Assembly: GCF_018350175.1 (NCBI RefSeq)
Contig: NC_058368.1
Span: 56,174,001 to 56,238,000, forward strand
Length of the DNA: 64,000 bases
Direction of reading: 5' to 3'
DNA from: Felis catus
Taxonomy: Eukaryota
Shown: piece after piece, positions 39,147-51,696 of the stretch
Layout of the letters: every line of letters begins with the position of its first letter
How positions within the stretch are numbered: the first letter of the stretch is position 1
Notes under the pieces: model-generated
Databases searched by the model: none
Seen by the model: only the letters and a program-made list of their open reading frames with translations
Told to the model about the DNA's origin: nothing
Translations under genes and position numbers: made by a program

Positions 39147-41599
39147 AGAAATGAACTAGATATTTTACTTGTTATTAGATCTAAAAAAGTGGCTGAGACA
39201 GAAAATAATTTAACATGAAAAGGACAAGACATTGGAAAATTATTGAATGAATATATGTATGGGCCAGAAACCAAATGTAAAAGGGGAAGGAATGTATTAA
39301 CTCAATCTAGCAAGTACTGGTGGACTTACATGATACATAAAACAAAAAGGATCTATTTAAGCTATAGGTTGAACAACCACAAATTAGGTTAAGACTCTTG
39401 AAAGAAGTTAGTAATCGAGTGAAAATGAAATACTATAGGCATATCTTACTACGGAAGGAATAGATGAAACCAAAGTAATTGCAGCTCAGTGGTTGAAACA
39501 TTCAAGATTTGGGAAATGAAATGAGCACTTTGGGGAACCATATGCATAGATTTAGTCCTCTCTAAGAATCTATAATCTAAAATTCAGAAATATTAACATA
39601 AGCTTCAGTTCAGAAATTTCCTGAGGATAATTCTTCTTCTTCTCCTTCTCTTCCTCCTCCTCTTTCCTCTACTTCTTCATTTTTCTGATAGATTAAAAGG
39701 TACATAATAAAATTGCAAGAAATGAGAAAGCTTCCTTTAGAGATTTTTTTATAGATATTTAAGAGATTTTACAACAAAGGCAGTGGAGGAAGCCAATGTG
39801 GCCAAGTATCAGAGGCCTGCTTATAGAATATTGTGGATTGGAGATCACTAGAGAGTAATAATTCAGAACTTCGTTACCAGAATCAACATACCCAAGGCTA
39901 AATCTAAATTAAAAGGAATTGAATATGCCAAATATAGAAAACAAAAGCAAATTTAAATTTTATTAGAAGTGCCATTCCCTGGGAGAGTATTCACAGTGAA
40001 ATGTCCCCCTGCACAAACCTAATTACTTAATTAGGTGTATATGAGGGGATTTATTCCAATATTCTGTAAAGCCCTGGTTATGGACTATGCTCTCTTAGAA
40101 TGAATGCTAAAGCTGAGCCCACGATATATGGATCTTCTCCAATGTAACTGAGTTTCCTATATTCTTGTACTGTGAACATCACTTTTCTTGGTATAATAGC
40201 CCTAGAGGCAAAGTGTTTCTGTGTTCTTTAAGTTTTGTGAGTGTGCACATACATGTGCATGTGTAGATGGAGTTGTGGGGGTGTATGTTGGGGTAGTCAA
40301 GGTAAGTGTTGTGTAAATCTTATTTGTGTTTTTTTATTTATTTGGACTTTTTAAATGTGATACCCAGAAAACTTATCTTTTAAGAACCTGAGGATGCTGC
40401 TTTTGTTCTAGTATAAGATATACTTTGTAGCAGTCAAAGAAATCACACTATTATCAAGGTATTGGGGAAAATATCTGTCTTATTATAGTGAGAATAATTC
40501 ATTGGGACATACGAATTCTGGGTTGTAATTACTTTGAATTTAACTCATTAATGCACTACAAAGTGATTTTTATTGTAATTCCTCAGGATTTTAATTCTTA
40601 GAGACTTGAACTTGCAAACAAATTTAATATTTAATCTTCAATATCTGTTAAAAATTGTAATGTATGGAAACCATTTTATTCAAGTTTACAGCATCCCTAT
40701 GTTGTCACAGCTGTATAATTGGTATTAGTTTACAATGCTATTTGATTTTGCTGAAATACTTCTGATAGGTTTTATGAGATAAAATGAGTAGGGAAATTTT
40801 TCCTTAGAATGTCTTGGATATAGAAAGGTTGTTAAGTTAGCTTCAATAATGAACTGTAAAGGCCTATTTTGAAGTATTTTAGGCACAAAAGGAAAATGAC
40901 CCATTGGTGATTCTATAAAAGCACCCAAGAAAGCTTTCAGAATTGGAAGCTATGAAAGGAAACAAGTAAATGGAAACAGGACTGTCACCATGAGTTGGTA
41001 ATCTCCTCCTCATAGATTTCAGGTTTAAAGCCAAATATGAGAAAGAAAGAAAAAAAGGAGGAGAATGGCAAAAAAGAGCACTGACTCCCCTTACCTCAGT
41101 AAGCCATGTGTAAGAATCTCCTTAAAAAGCTCCTCTTACAGAATCTCCACTGTTTGTCAATTCTTCCCGTGGAGGGATGGGCTATCTGGGGAAGGGCAGA
41201 GAAGGAGCTTGAGGTGTTTACTCAGAACCTCACCAGTTGCACTCCTTGCTTAAGGGTGTGTAGAAGACTTGACTCTGTAACCATAGAAGAGACTTGGGGT
41301 TTGGGGGTGAATAGCTACATTCAGTGGGTTAGTAGCAAACTCACTCTGGCACAGAATAAGGTCACATCTTCCAAGTAGCTTTATCAGAAATATAAATTAT
41401 GTATTGATACACATCTGCTTGACTCCTGGGTCTCTATCAATTGTTCAACTCAGATGTAGAAAGAGGGGCAATTATTTAATGATTCCCTAAAATCCAAATA
41501 GCTTGCATAGGTTTTTATCTAATAAGGACATAATCGGTTGAATGAATGAAATAATTATATTTAAGTAATGCCACTATAAAATCATATTATGCCTTGGAG

Positions 41600-41741
41600 C
41601 TGTGGTTTTAAAAATGTTTGGATCATTGACACTGTTGAAAGACTGATGATATTGTGCAATTTTTCCCCAGAAATCGTGTACTTCTGAATAAAATTAGTCA
41701 TACAACTTCAGAGATTCATGGGCTCCAGATTAATAACCACT
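41600..41741. mobile_element. Short hAT-Charlie-type MITE
   Basis: Degenerate terminal inverted repeats ctgtggtttt...taataaccact; interior resembles old mammalian hAT MITEs. Confidence 0.5.
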
Positions 41742-42431
41742 TTTTAGAAAACATTTAAATTGAAGCTCAAGTCAACCTACAAATTAATTTATATATGATA
41801 TTCCATATTCATTATACCTTTTACATTTAAAACTGCATTAAGTCTCATGAGTTACTTTATAATTTAGTAGAAAGTAAGTGACTGGAAAAATTAAATATTA
41901 AGCAAATGTTATAGCTGAATAAAATTGGCATGTTAAAACCCAGAGGTAGGAAAATGACTCATTTTCATTATTATTCCACATGTATTCTTTTAATTAATAA
42001 AGTATCAGGTACTAAAAAATTACCAATGCCCTAGTATTAGTATATATTTTACAGTACTAGAATATCTATGTTTTTAGAAAATGTAGAAATACAGATATGA
42101 TGCAAAGTGCTTCAAAATTTTTAGTTATTTTCAAAGTAGATTTTCTTTCTAATTCAGTTTGGAGAAAATTAACCTAAGATATAAACTAAATCTTGTAAAC
42201 ATAAAATAAAGTACACAGATAATTTGATATTAAGAAATTGCTAATTTCAAAACTTTGAAGTGAATAAATGCTATTTTTCTTAGTTCCTTGCATGCTATAT
42301 TCTAAAATCATGCATGTGTTGTATCACCTTGTGCTAAGTCATCACAAGTACTTTAAAAAATAGTATTATACAAAATTAAAAAAACAGTATAATTAAAAAT
42401 ATCAAGTAATAGCAAATACATCTCAATAACT

Positions 42432-42795
42432 ATGTTAGGCCAATAATAGCTCCAAAATTTATATCTCTCTCCTAATCCTTAGAACCTATAAATATTATCT
42501 TATTTGGAAAAGATAGTTCATGCAGATGTGATTAAGGTAAGGTAAGTATGTTAATCTGGATTATATGGAAGAATTTTAAATGTCATATAAATACCCTTAG
42601 GAAAGAAGCAGAGAGATTAGATCACCACACATCCAGAGGAAAAGCAATAAGGAGACAAGTAGAGAGGAATGTGGCCATGTACTATGGCACACCAACAGCC
42701 ACCAGAAGTTGAAAGAGTCAAGGAACAGTTTTCCTTCTATGGTCTCTGTAAGGAGGGTAGCCTAACTGATGCCCTGTTTTCAGACTTCTGAACTT
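42432..42795 (+). mobile_element. MLT1 (C/D/E-like) LTR, 3'-truncated
   Basis: cctaatccttagaaccta...tgcagatgtgattaag...cagccaccagaagttgaaagagtcaaggaacag. Confidence 0.78.
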
Positions 42796-42899
42796 AGTTT
42801 CAGTCAATAGAAACTAACCGAATGGGTAATATCAGTTAAGCACTGACTCTTCTCTAGGCATTCCTTTAGGGCTTTCTTTACGTTTGTTCAGTCACATAA

Positions 42900-43130
42900 C
42901 TGATTTAAATCAGGTATTGTTCTAAGCATTTCTCATGGATAAACTCACATAATCTTCAAAATAAAGAGTATAAGCTAATTAATACTGTTATTATAATTTT
43001 ACAAAGGTAAAATCTGATGCAGATAATGTCAATTATTTTTTCTCAGAGCTAAACAACTGATAAATTGCAGAATTGTGACTTGAATCCAAAGCATTCGGTT
43101 CCAGATTCTGGAGTCTTAACTACCATATCA
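42900..43130 (-). mobile_element. MIR
   Basis: caggtattgttctaagcatt...ttttacaaaggtaaaatctgatgcaga...ttgaatccaaagcattcggttccaga. Confidence 0.6.
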
Positions 43131-45107
43131 TGATGCATCTCTGAAATTTTAAATTTGAAGCCTTGACAATGAATACTCCTTGATTCTCCCATAGTTTAAA
43201 TAGTGAAAGGGAGGTAAAGAATAAGTAAATCCCCTACTGGCACATGGTTGGTTGGTGATACAGGCAGGATTTAAATTCATGCAGTTGATAACACGATAAG
43301 ACAATCTGAGCTTCAACCATTCTGCTATCCTGTCTCAAGTAGTTTTCATAGATTGAGTCTCTTTTTTCATGATATACTCTCCAGGGGGAGCAAATTATCT
43401 GAAATATCTATAAATTATGGCCAAACTAAAAATTTGGACAGGTACTCAGTAAACATAGACAGGAAATTTATCTAAAAAGCTTGCTTTATAATTTGCAAAT
43501 GTAACTCACAATCATGGATTATACAACTTCTGTGCAAATTTGAATTTAATAATCAATTTTGAGCCTTTCCATCATGAGAAATGGCAAAAATATTCTGAAT
43601 AGTAAAATGGCATATTAATTCTAAATGTCCTCCTCCCAAAACAAAATCTATTGTATTTAGACATCTCCTTTTAGTTTCGTACAAAACTTATTTGAATTTA
43701 TTATTTTATTCAGTAAGTTATCAGGGAATACCATTTCAGTTAAACTTCTTGTAAATCTTGGAATATATGCACTACTGTGGAATAAGATATTTGGAATTCA
43801 CCACATAAATAATTAAAAGTTTTCTGTTACTATTTTGTCACAATGATTCAGCAAGTAGCTGAGACCTACTTTCTGTATTCTCTTTCTTTGTATATTGTTA
43901 ACATACCCCCTCATTAACATCCTACATACATGCCATGCACACCTACACATACTCACATACAAAATAATTTTAGATTTTTAGGGAAAATACAAAAGAAAAA
44001 TATCTACTATACATTTTAAATGATAAAATAATCCTATTAAAGGCATTTTAACACCAACAATAGCATGATCTAAAAGCATTAATCATATAGATACATACTT
44101 AATACATATACATGTTTTTAATTAAAAGATTCATATGGTGACTTCACCTATAATCTATTTTTAGCATTAATAAGGCTGTAGGCAGTGGTGTAAACTATGA
44201 ATAATTAGTTATATTAGGACAGCTAAAATAAGCTATTGTTTGGTTAGGCTAGTGAAACAATTAAATTTAAATCTTTGGAAAGATTTTGTATTTGTTAAAT
44301 ATTTTGAAAATACAAGAATTTTTCTGAATCACTTCATGCTATAAAATTGGATTTATCTCCATTGAATTTTGTTATTGGTAATGATTTTTAATAGGTGTGC
44401 TGAGATGGAAACTTTATATCTTCCTTAACTGTAGCATTTTACTCTTCTATATAGTTTTGTTTTGTTGATTTTTTAATTTTTTTTCTCTTCCATATGTTTT
44501 TAACTATGTAGTACTCCTTGTTATTCTACAACATACAGTGAAGAAGATCTCTCTGAGGCTAACTTCAAATTTCATATTTGACAATGAAGCTGTTAAGCAT
44601 TATGCATGCTTTGGCATGCTCTCCTCTTTTTTTTTTTTTTTTTTTTTCTTTTTGATACCTAATTTTTCAGGCTAACTTTATGTTTCCTCTTCCAACTTTA
44701 AGATTTCATCCATTGATTCTCTTAAAGGTATGTTTCCTCATACTAATGGGCTTTTTTTTTCAATTTTTGTTTATACGCCATGTCTATCTTGCTTTTATAA
44801 TAAACATGTAACCACTATTTTTGCAGTGAATGCATCCCCAAACAACTCCCAGTCCTTACAAGAACTCACGTACCCATATGCACAAATGAAGTGAGTCTTG
44901 TTGCCCAATCTGTCTCATTCCAATGCTTTAAACCTCCATCTTGCTTTATATTTAAGGGTATCCTTATTTTCCAAATATCTTTATGGGAAATCCCAGTTAA
45001 TCTGAGTGCTTTTTAAATATACCTACTCAGGTAAAGGAACTTGGTTTGCTGAATGGGCGTTGGTTTGGGTCAATTGTGCTAAAGCACAGAAGACTGCCAG
45101 CATCCTC

Positions 45108-45283
45108 AGGTTTGCCAAATGACAAGGATGCTCAATTAAAGTTGAATTTTAGATAAACAATATGTATGCTTTAGTATATATTCCAACTATTGCACAAGAT
45201 ACACTAAGAACAGATTTTTGTAAATCTGAAATTCAAAATTAAATGGCTTTCCTGTATTTTTATTTGCTAAAACTGGTAGACTC
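45108..45283. mobile_element. MER53 palindromic DNA-transposon relic
   Basis: ggatgctcaattaaagttgaattttagataaacaa ... atctgaaattcaaaattaaatggctttcctgtatttttatttgctaaaactgg, with self-complementary arms. Confidence 0.8.
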
Positions 45284-47919
45284 AGGGTACAGAAAGAAAT
45301 ACTGCCATTTGTAGTATCTAATTTTCGAAGCGGAACTTTGGCTGTGCTATTCCAGTGCTGCAGGATGAAAAAGTTAGGTTGGATGCCATGACATGGTTCA
45401 GGATCATGGGTCTTTCTTAAAAGCAAGGTAGGCATATGGACTTATGAATCTGATCCTTTCCTTATGATCTTCTATAAAAAATTAAGGTATCACATATGCT
45501 TAATAATATGGCTCTAAGAGTCCTCTCAGGTCTGCAATTAGTAACTGAGGCTACTCAGTCTACTTCCACACACCCAAATTAGTCACTATGGTTCTTTGAA
45601 GGAAGGGCATTTCCCAGCATCCTACCTAGTTTACTAATAGGCCTGAGTTCAAAGTAGTACAGTGCTTTGCCATTGAGGCTCTTTCAGTTAACAAAATTAA
45701 CAAAAAGCCTCTTCCAGGATAAATGTTTTACCTTCTTCCCAATCACCCAAATTAGAAACATCCCGTTCACGCCCCACTCTTTCTCAAGTGTGCTAGTTTT
45801 ACTGGCTGTATTATTAAAAAAAAAATCCACCCTCAAAAGTAAAATTATCTGTTTTTTTTATTCCTGTTCTCCTTGCCTTTTTTAAAGCTCTAAATCCCTG
45901 TTTGGAATTTAACAACCCAACCAAAAATATTTCTTCTGACACTGGCCTCTTTCCTATTTCATTTCAGGCTTCATAATGCCTCCAGGGAATTTATCTAAAA
46001 CACAAATCTGATTGTGCTGTTTCCCCCTACCTTGAAAAGCTGATAACCTACATGATAATGAGGTCAGTCATAGACTCTTCAGAAGCTAACAGTGGACTTG
46101 GAAAGACAGTGGAATCATTAAAAAAAATTCTGTCACCTTGAATTGTATTCCTAGTTGGCTGTCAATCTAGAATAGGGCAAAAATATAAATTGGGAAGGAT
46201 TACTTAAACAAATACTAAAATCATTTAGGAAGAAGAAAAATAATTTCAGAAACAAGGCCTAAGATACAAGAAGGAATCTTTAAATATAGAATTAGTAAAA
46301 TTACGAGTGAATATGATTTCAATTTGCCTTCATAAAAAAACACAAAAATATATGAAATCAGGGAATGAATATAGAAGATATCCAAGATTTTCTAGAATTC
46401 ATAAAGGAAGGGATTTAGAGTGATTAAATTCATTGTTGAGATAAGTCTTAAATCTAAAGTGTGAGTTTACATGCTATATGGTTTAAAATTTGAACTATTA
46501 AAATTTATTCAATTACTTCAAACAGTTTTGAGAAAAATTGCCATAGTCAACTCAAAATTATTAAAAAAAGAGAAGGACATAAATAAGGGCACATAGCAGA
46601 AGATAAAATGGGTAAGAGATTATATTACTATACGAAAAGCACTCAGCTACAAGTTGTTTAAAAGAGGCTTTCATTAAACCAGTATATAGAGAACTTCATA
46701 GTAAAGTAACAGGAAGAAAAAAAATGCCAAGAAAATGTCAGTAACAATACTACTGGCCTGTTAATAGTCATAAAGAGAGAAATTTATTTGAGGGATATAT
46801 TCCTGAAAAGAAAAAGTAGAAACATGAGCAGATTTGATTTTGCAAAAAATTCTCATAGCAAGTGAGAGTTAGAAATGTAGGAAGAAAGAGCAAAAGAATC
46901 AGAGGAGAGAGGAAGGAAGGAAAGTTGGTAAAAGCAAAATCCAGAGAATTAATGGGAATGTGTTCTCATTGATGGAAAAATTAATGTTGTAGATTAATCT
47001 GTAACAAGTTTCAAAGGGGAAAATAAAGTTGTTAATGAAAACATGAGGAAGGGTATTGAAAAGTCATTTTACTTTGTTTATCTTTGGTGATTTTTGCTCC
47101 CTCTGCTCCTGTGCTTAGGAAGCTCATGCTATGATATTAAATAAATTCATTTAAAAAATAAAATAGAAGACAACTTCTATAGTTTCTGAGGGGGACAAAT
47201 GGTAGCTTAGATATCACAGGTTGTTAGATACCATGTGGTTGTTACAATCATGGTGCAAATCACTGCCTCTGAACTAATACCGTCTGTCTTGACAGGAAAC
47301 CCGTGGCTCTCTAAAGTCAATTACTAAATTTCACTTTTCTAAATGATAACAGGATTTTACATTCCAGGTCTCTGTTATATTGTTAACATGGGAAGCAGTT
47401 AACAAACCACTCCAGAGTTTAGCAACTTATGTTATCAGTTACAAGTCACAATAATAAAAGTATGTATATAGTGTCATTTGTTATTTCTTCACCCTTGGAT
47501 TTGTGTTCAGGTTTTTAAGACCTATAATGTCCAGTGGGATGTACTATAATAAATAGTGGAAAATGAATTTATATTTATTACTGTTTACTATCAGAGGCAT
47601 AAAGTCTAGTCAGTATTATAAAATCCTAAGTAATATGAATTATTTATTACCCTTAATTTCTAAAAATATTTTTAACTTGGGGATTATAGCTTGAAAATAT
47701 GTTTTAATGATGTTCATATTGGCACCACCCATAAAACTTCCATTATTGTTCCTTATGCATACTATTTCCTCATAATAGTAAGTATTATTTACATCAGGGA
47801 TCAAGTTTTGTAGACCTTAGGAATCCATCAAAGCATTCATTTATAGTCAGGAATAAATCTTGAAATTACCAATATCCACTTTTGGGGACACTAAGATATT
47901 TTTAAAAAAATCAAGATGA

Positions 47920-48157
47920 GGGGCGCCTGGGTGGCGCAGTCGGTTAAGCGTCCGGCTTCAGCCAGGTCACGATCTCGCGGTCCGTGTGTTCGAGCCCCAC
48001 GTCAGGCTCTGGGCTGATGGCTCAGAGCCTGGAGCCTGTTTCTGATTCTGTGTCTCCCTCTCTCTCTCTGCCCCTCCCCCGTTCATGCTCTGTCTCTGTC
48101 CCAAAAAAATAAATAAACGTTGAAAAAAATTAAAAAAAAAAAAGAAAAAACAATTTA
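47920..48157 (+). mobile_element. Young cat-type Can-SINE (SINEC_Fc-like)
   Basis: gggtggcgcagtcggttaagcgtccggcttcagccaggtcacgatctcgcggtccg with many intact CpGs, long A tail, perfect 16-bp TSD aaaaaaatcaagatga. Confidence 0.96.
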
Positions 48158-49184
48158 AAAAAAATCAAGATGAAAAAAATAGGAAAGAATAAAAGAAGAC
48201 AAATTGGAATACCAGGATCACCTGCCTCATCATATATTATTGAAAACATCCTGGTTCCAGAACCTTCTAAATTAATTTCATTAAGTTGAACACAATTGCA
48301 GAAAACATTTAAATCTTTATTATATCGGGGATCAAAAAGTTACTTTTTGTTTCTGAGTTTTATTTTTTTTACCAACATTAATGTTTACATATCCAAATAA
48401 ATTATGCATGGTTACTCTAAATTCATATCTGTGTTGGAATACACATTTATTTGCTAGTCTGAATTTTTTATCTCTATTTTTTTTTTCATAAAAAGTCATA
48501 GGGATTAAATACTTAGTGATATTTGACATAAAGATTAGGAATAAAGTTTTAATTAATACTGAGGACCCCCTGAATCTTTGAGTGTCCTATTAATAGGTAC
48601 TGCTCTTTAAGTGTGAGGATTAAATGAAGAATCAGAGTACTTAAATGTCCATTGGGTTATAGACACTCCTGACTGTTAAACACCAGCATTTAAATATGAA
48701 GCAGTCTTAGTATTATGATACCTTAAATTCCCTGAAGTATGGCACCAATGAATATTAGCTAGGAAACCATTATCTCAAAAGTCATAATTGTTCTTGGGTC
48801 AAGTGCTCACTGACCCTGCAATTGCACATGCTTCTTTAAATGGTAGCTCTTAGTTTAGTTTTCTTTCATCTCATTTCTTCCATTCCTCTTGCTTCATAGG
48901 CAAGACTTAGTGCTGTTTTTCTGCTCCAGTTCTAAAAGCTCTTAGCTTCTGAAACCCTCTCCCATCGTATGCCAGATTATTATCTCTAATGATGTAGTTA
49001 ACAGTTAAAGTGCCATTTTCTTTTAGATTTCTCTAATGTATTCCAAATACTCCACCGTGGCTTGGTATATTTTGCTTTTGAAACTAAAAATGTAATCCAG
49101 AGAACTGGTATGATGAATTGTATGTGGGTAAATATTGCACATCAGTAATCCAAGGTGTCATAGTAGTAATGATCATAAAATCAA

Positions 49185-49390
49185 AATAATAATATTTTAA
49201 ATTAATATGTCATCCTGTTTTCCTTCATGAAAATTCTGCCACATTACTGACTGTTTTGAAAATATGAGAGCTAAGACATGAGAAGTTTTGTGACTTTTCA
49301 TAGATGACACATCTAGAAATTGGCAGAGTTTAGAATTGAATCCAGTCCTTCTGGCTCAGTTAGTTGTCTTTCTACATAACTACAGCTGCT
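49185..49390 (-). mobile_element. MIR fragment
   Basis: ctgttttgaaaatatgagagctaagacatgagaagttttgtgactt...tggcagagtttagaattgaatccagtccttctggctc. Confidence 0.6.
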
Positions 49391-50037
49391 AGTCAAGAAA
49401 ACACTCCAAGGAAAGCAGCCTTTAAATTGGGCATATCAATTTTATTTATGTAGACTTCCAAACACCTGTACTCACCACCTTCCAGCCTCCATGAGCTTTC
49501 CTCTTCCCAGAAGCCTATATCATGGACTCATTGTATTTCTCTCTCAATAACCACATTTTCTGTCCAGGCTTCCCTTCCATTTTCCCATACTCACTGAACC
49601 AAATTATTTCCTCAGACATACAAGCAAGCTGTTTAAACGTTCACTGAAAGCAGAGAACTATAGATACTAGTGTCTTATTTTAGGGAATTATGTATAAGAA
49701 GAGGTGGATCTAGCAAATAGCAACATGAGTTGGGAGTAGAGACATTAGCGTTAAATTTTTCTTTTAGAGAATATTTCTCTATAAATTGTCTTTAAATGAG
49801 CTGTTAGTCATTTTGATATAATGTAGTATTGTCAAATGTATTTTTTTCCGTCATGCAGTATTTTGGTTAAGCGAGATTTCACCTCTGGCCTTAAAGAGTG
49901 ATAGGACTTAGACAAGTAATAAAACATGTGTAAATATCTTGGAAGGAATATAGTTTGGTTTGTTTCTCAGAGGTTAGGATGTATTTTAGAAAATAATAGA
50001 CATGACTCTGTACTTTCTTTTTTAACCGATTATTATG

Positions 50038-50224
50038 TTTTTAAAGTTTATTTATTTATTTTGAGAGAGACAAAGACAGTGTGGGGGGCAGAGAGAGGGA
50101 GAAAGAATCCCAAGCAGGCTCCACACTGCTCCCAACATGCAGCTCAACTTAATGAAATTGTGAGACCATGACATGCGCCAAAACTGAGTCCTATGCCTTA
50201 CCCACTGAGCCATCCAGGCACCCC
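50038..50224 (-). mobile_element. Can-SINE (diverged)
   Basis: Reverse head ctgagccatccaggcacccc; gaatcccaagcaggctcc. Confidence 0.9.
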
Positions 50225-50716
50225 ATGATTATGTATTTCTAAAGGAGCTACACATTAGGGTGAGAATCTGGGATTTTGTTTTACTTTATTAAAGATAATT
50301 AGTCTCTATCATCTAAGTGGAGGTAGGGACATAGACATTATGTATTTTTTGAATACTCAAAAGTGATACTAATACAACCAGGTTGAGACCTGAACAAGAA
50401 CTGGTATTTCATAGCCACTGTACTATATTAGTTTTTACCTTTCCTTCCACCACCAAATTAAGAGATGATTATGATAAATACTACACATACCATAAGCACA
50501 GATATGAATTATGCATGCCTCAAGTATAAGTTGATTATAAACTAAAGAAAAGCATTCAGTAGATTTATATGTTGGTTTAGAGTGGAGATGAACGTGTCCC
50601 AGCTTAATTGTCATATTAACCCCTGCTGTTCAGCTGTAATAATTAATAACAATGTATTTCACCTTTACAGTTGTCCAGTTAAAATAATAATTGTGTGGCC
50701 ACATTAGTTAAAGCCA

Positions 50717-50760
50717 GTATGTATGTATGTATGTATGTATGTATGTATGTATGTATGTAT
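50717..50760. repeat. (GTAT)n tetranucleotide repeat at an L1 tail
   Basis: Direct reading, about 11 units. Confidence 0.95.
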
Positions 50761-51477
50761 TTTAAACTTTAATTTTTAGAGCAGTTTTCATTTAAGCAAC
50801 CTTGAGTGGAAAGAACAGGGAGTTCCCACATAGTCCCTGTCACCACACATGCACAACCCCCTCCACTATCCATATTCTGCACCAGAGTAATACATTCTTA
50901 TATTTGGTAAACCTACATTGACACATTATTATCACTAAAAGTCCATAGTAAAACTAGGCTTCACTCTGAATGTTGTACATTCTATGAGGTTCAGCAAAGG
51001 TATAATAAATAACATGTCCACTATTACAGTACATACAGAATATTGTCACTGACCCCAAAATACTAACTTCTGGCAATTCATTACACCCCACCCCCTATAT
51101 CCTAACAACCACTAATATTTTTACTGTCTCCACAATTTTTCCTTTTCTGTAGTGTCGTATTATTGGAATCAAACAACATTATGTAGCATTTTCAGATTGG
51201 CTTCTTTCATTTAATACTATGCATTTAAGTTTCTTCCATCTCTCTTCATGGCTTGATAGCTCATTTCTTTTTAGCACTAAAAAAACATCCTTTTGTCTAT
51301 ACATACCACAATTCATCCATTCACCTACTGAAGGACATCTTGTTTGCTTCCAAGTTTTTGGTAATTATGCATAAAGCTGATATAGATATCTGCATGCAGA
51401 CTTTTGTGTCAAATCCCTTGTGTAAATATCAAGAAGTATTACTGCTGAATCAGATGGTAAGAGTATACTGTCAAACT

Positions 51478-51696
51478 GGGGCACCTGGGTGGCTCAGTCG
51501 GCTAAGATTCTGACTTTGGCTCAAGTCATTATCTCACAGTTTGTGGGTTCAAACCCCACGTAGGGCTCTGTGCTGACTGCTCAGAGTCTGGAGCCTGCTT
51601 TGGATTCTGTCTCCTCTCTCTCTGCCCCTCCCCTGCTTGTGCTCTCTCTCTCTCTCTTTCTCTCAAAAATAAATATTTAAAAAATTAAAAAAAAAA
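51478..51696 (+). mobile_element. Can-SINE
   Basis: Canonical head and tail; TSD ctg(t/c)caaact. Confidence 0.95.

Noticed and set aside
47920..48000. tRNA-like A/B boxes as tRNA genes
   Set aside because: These are SINE heads followed by a CT tract, A tail and TSDs.
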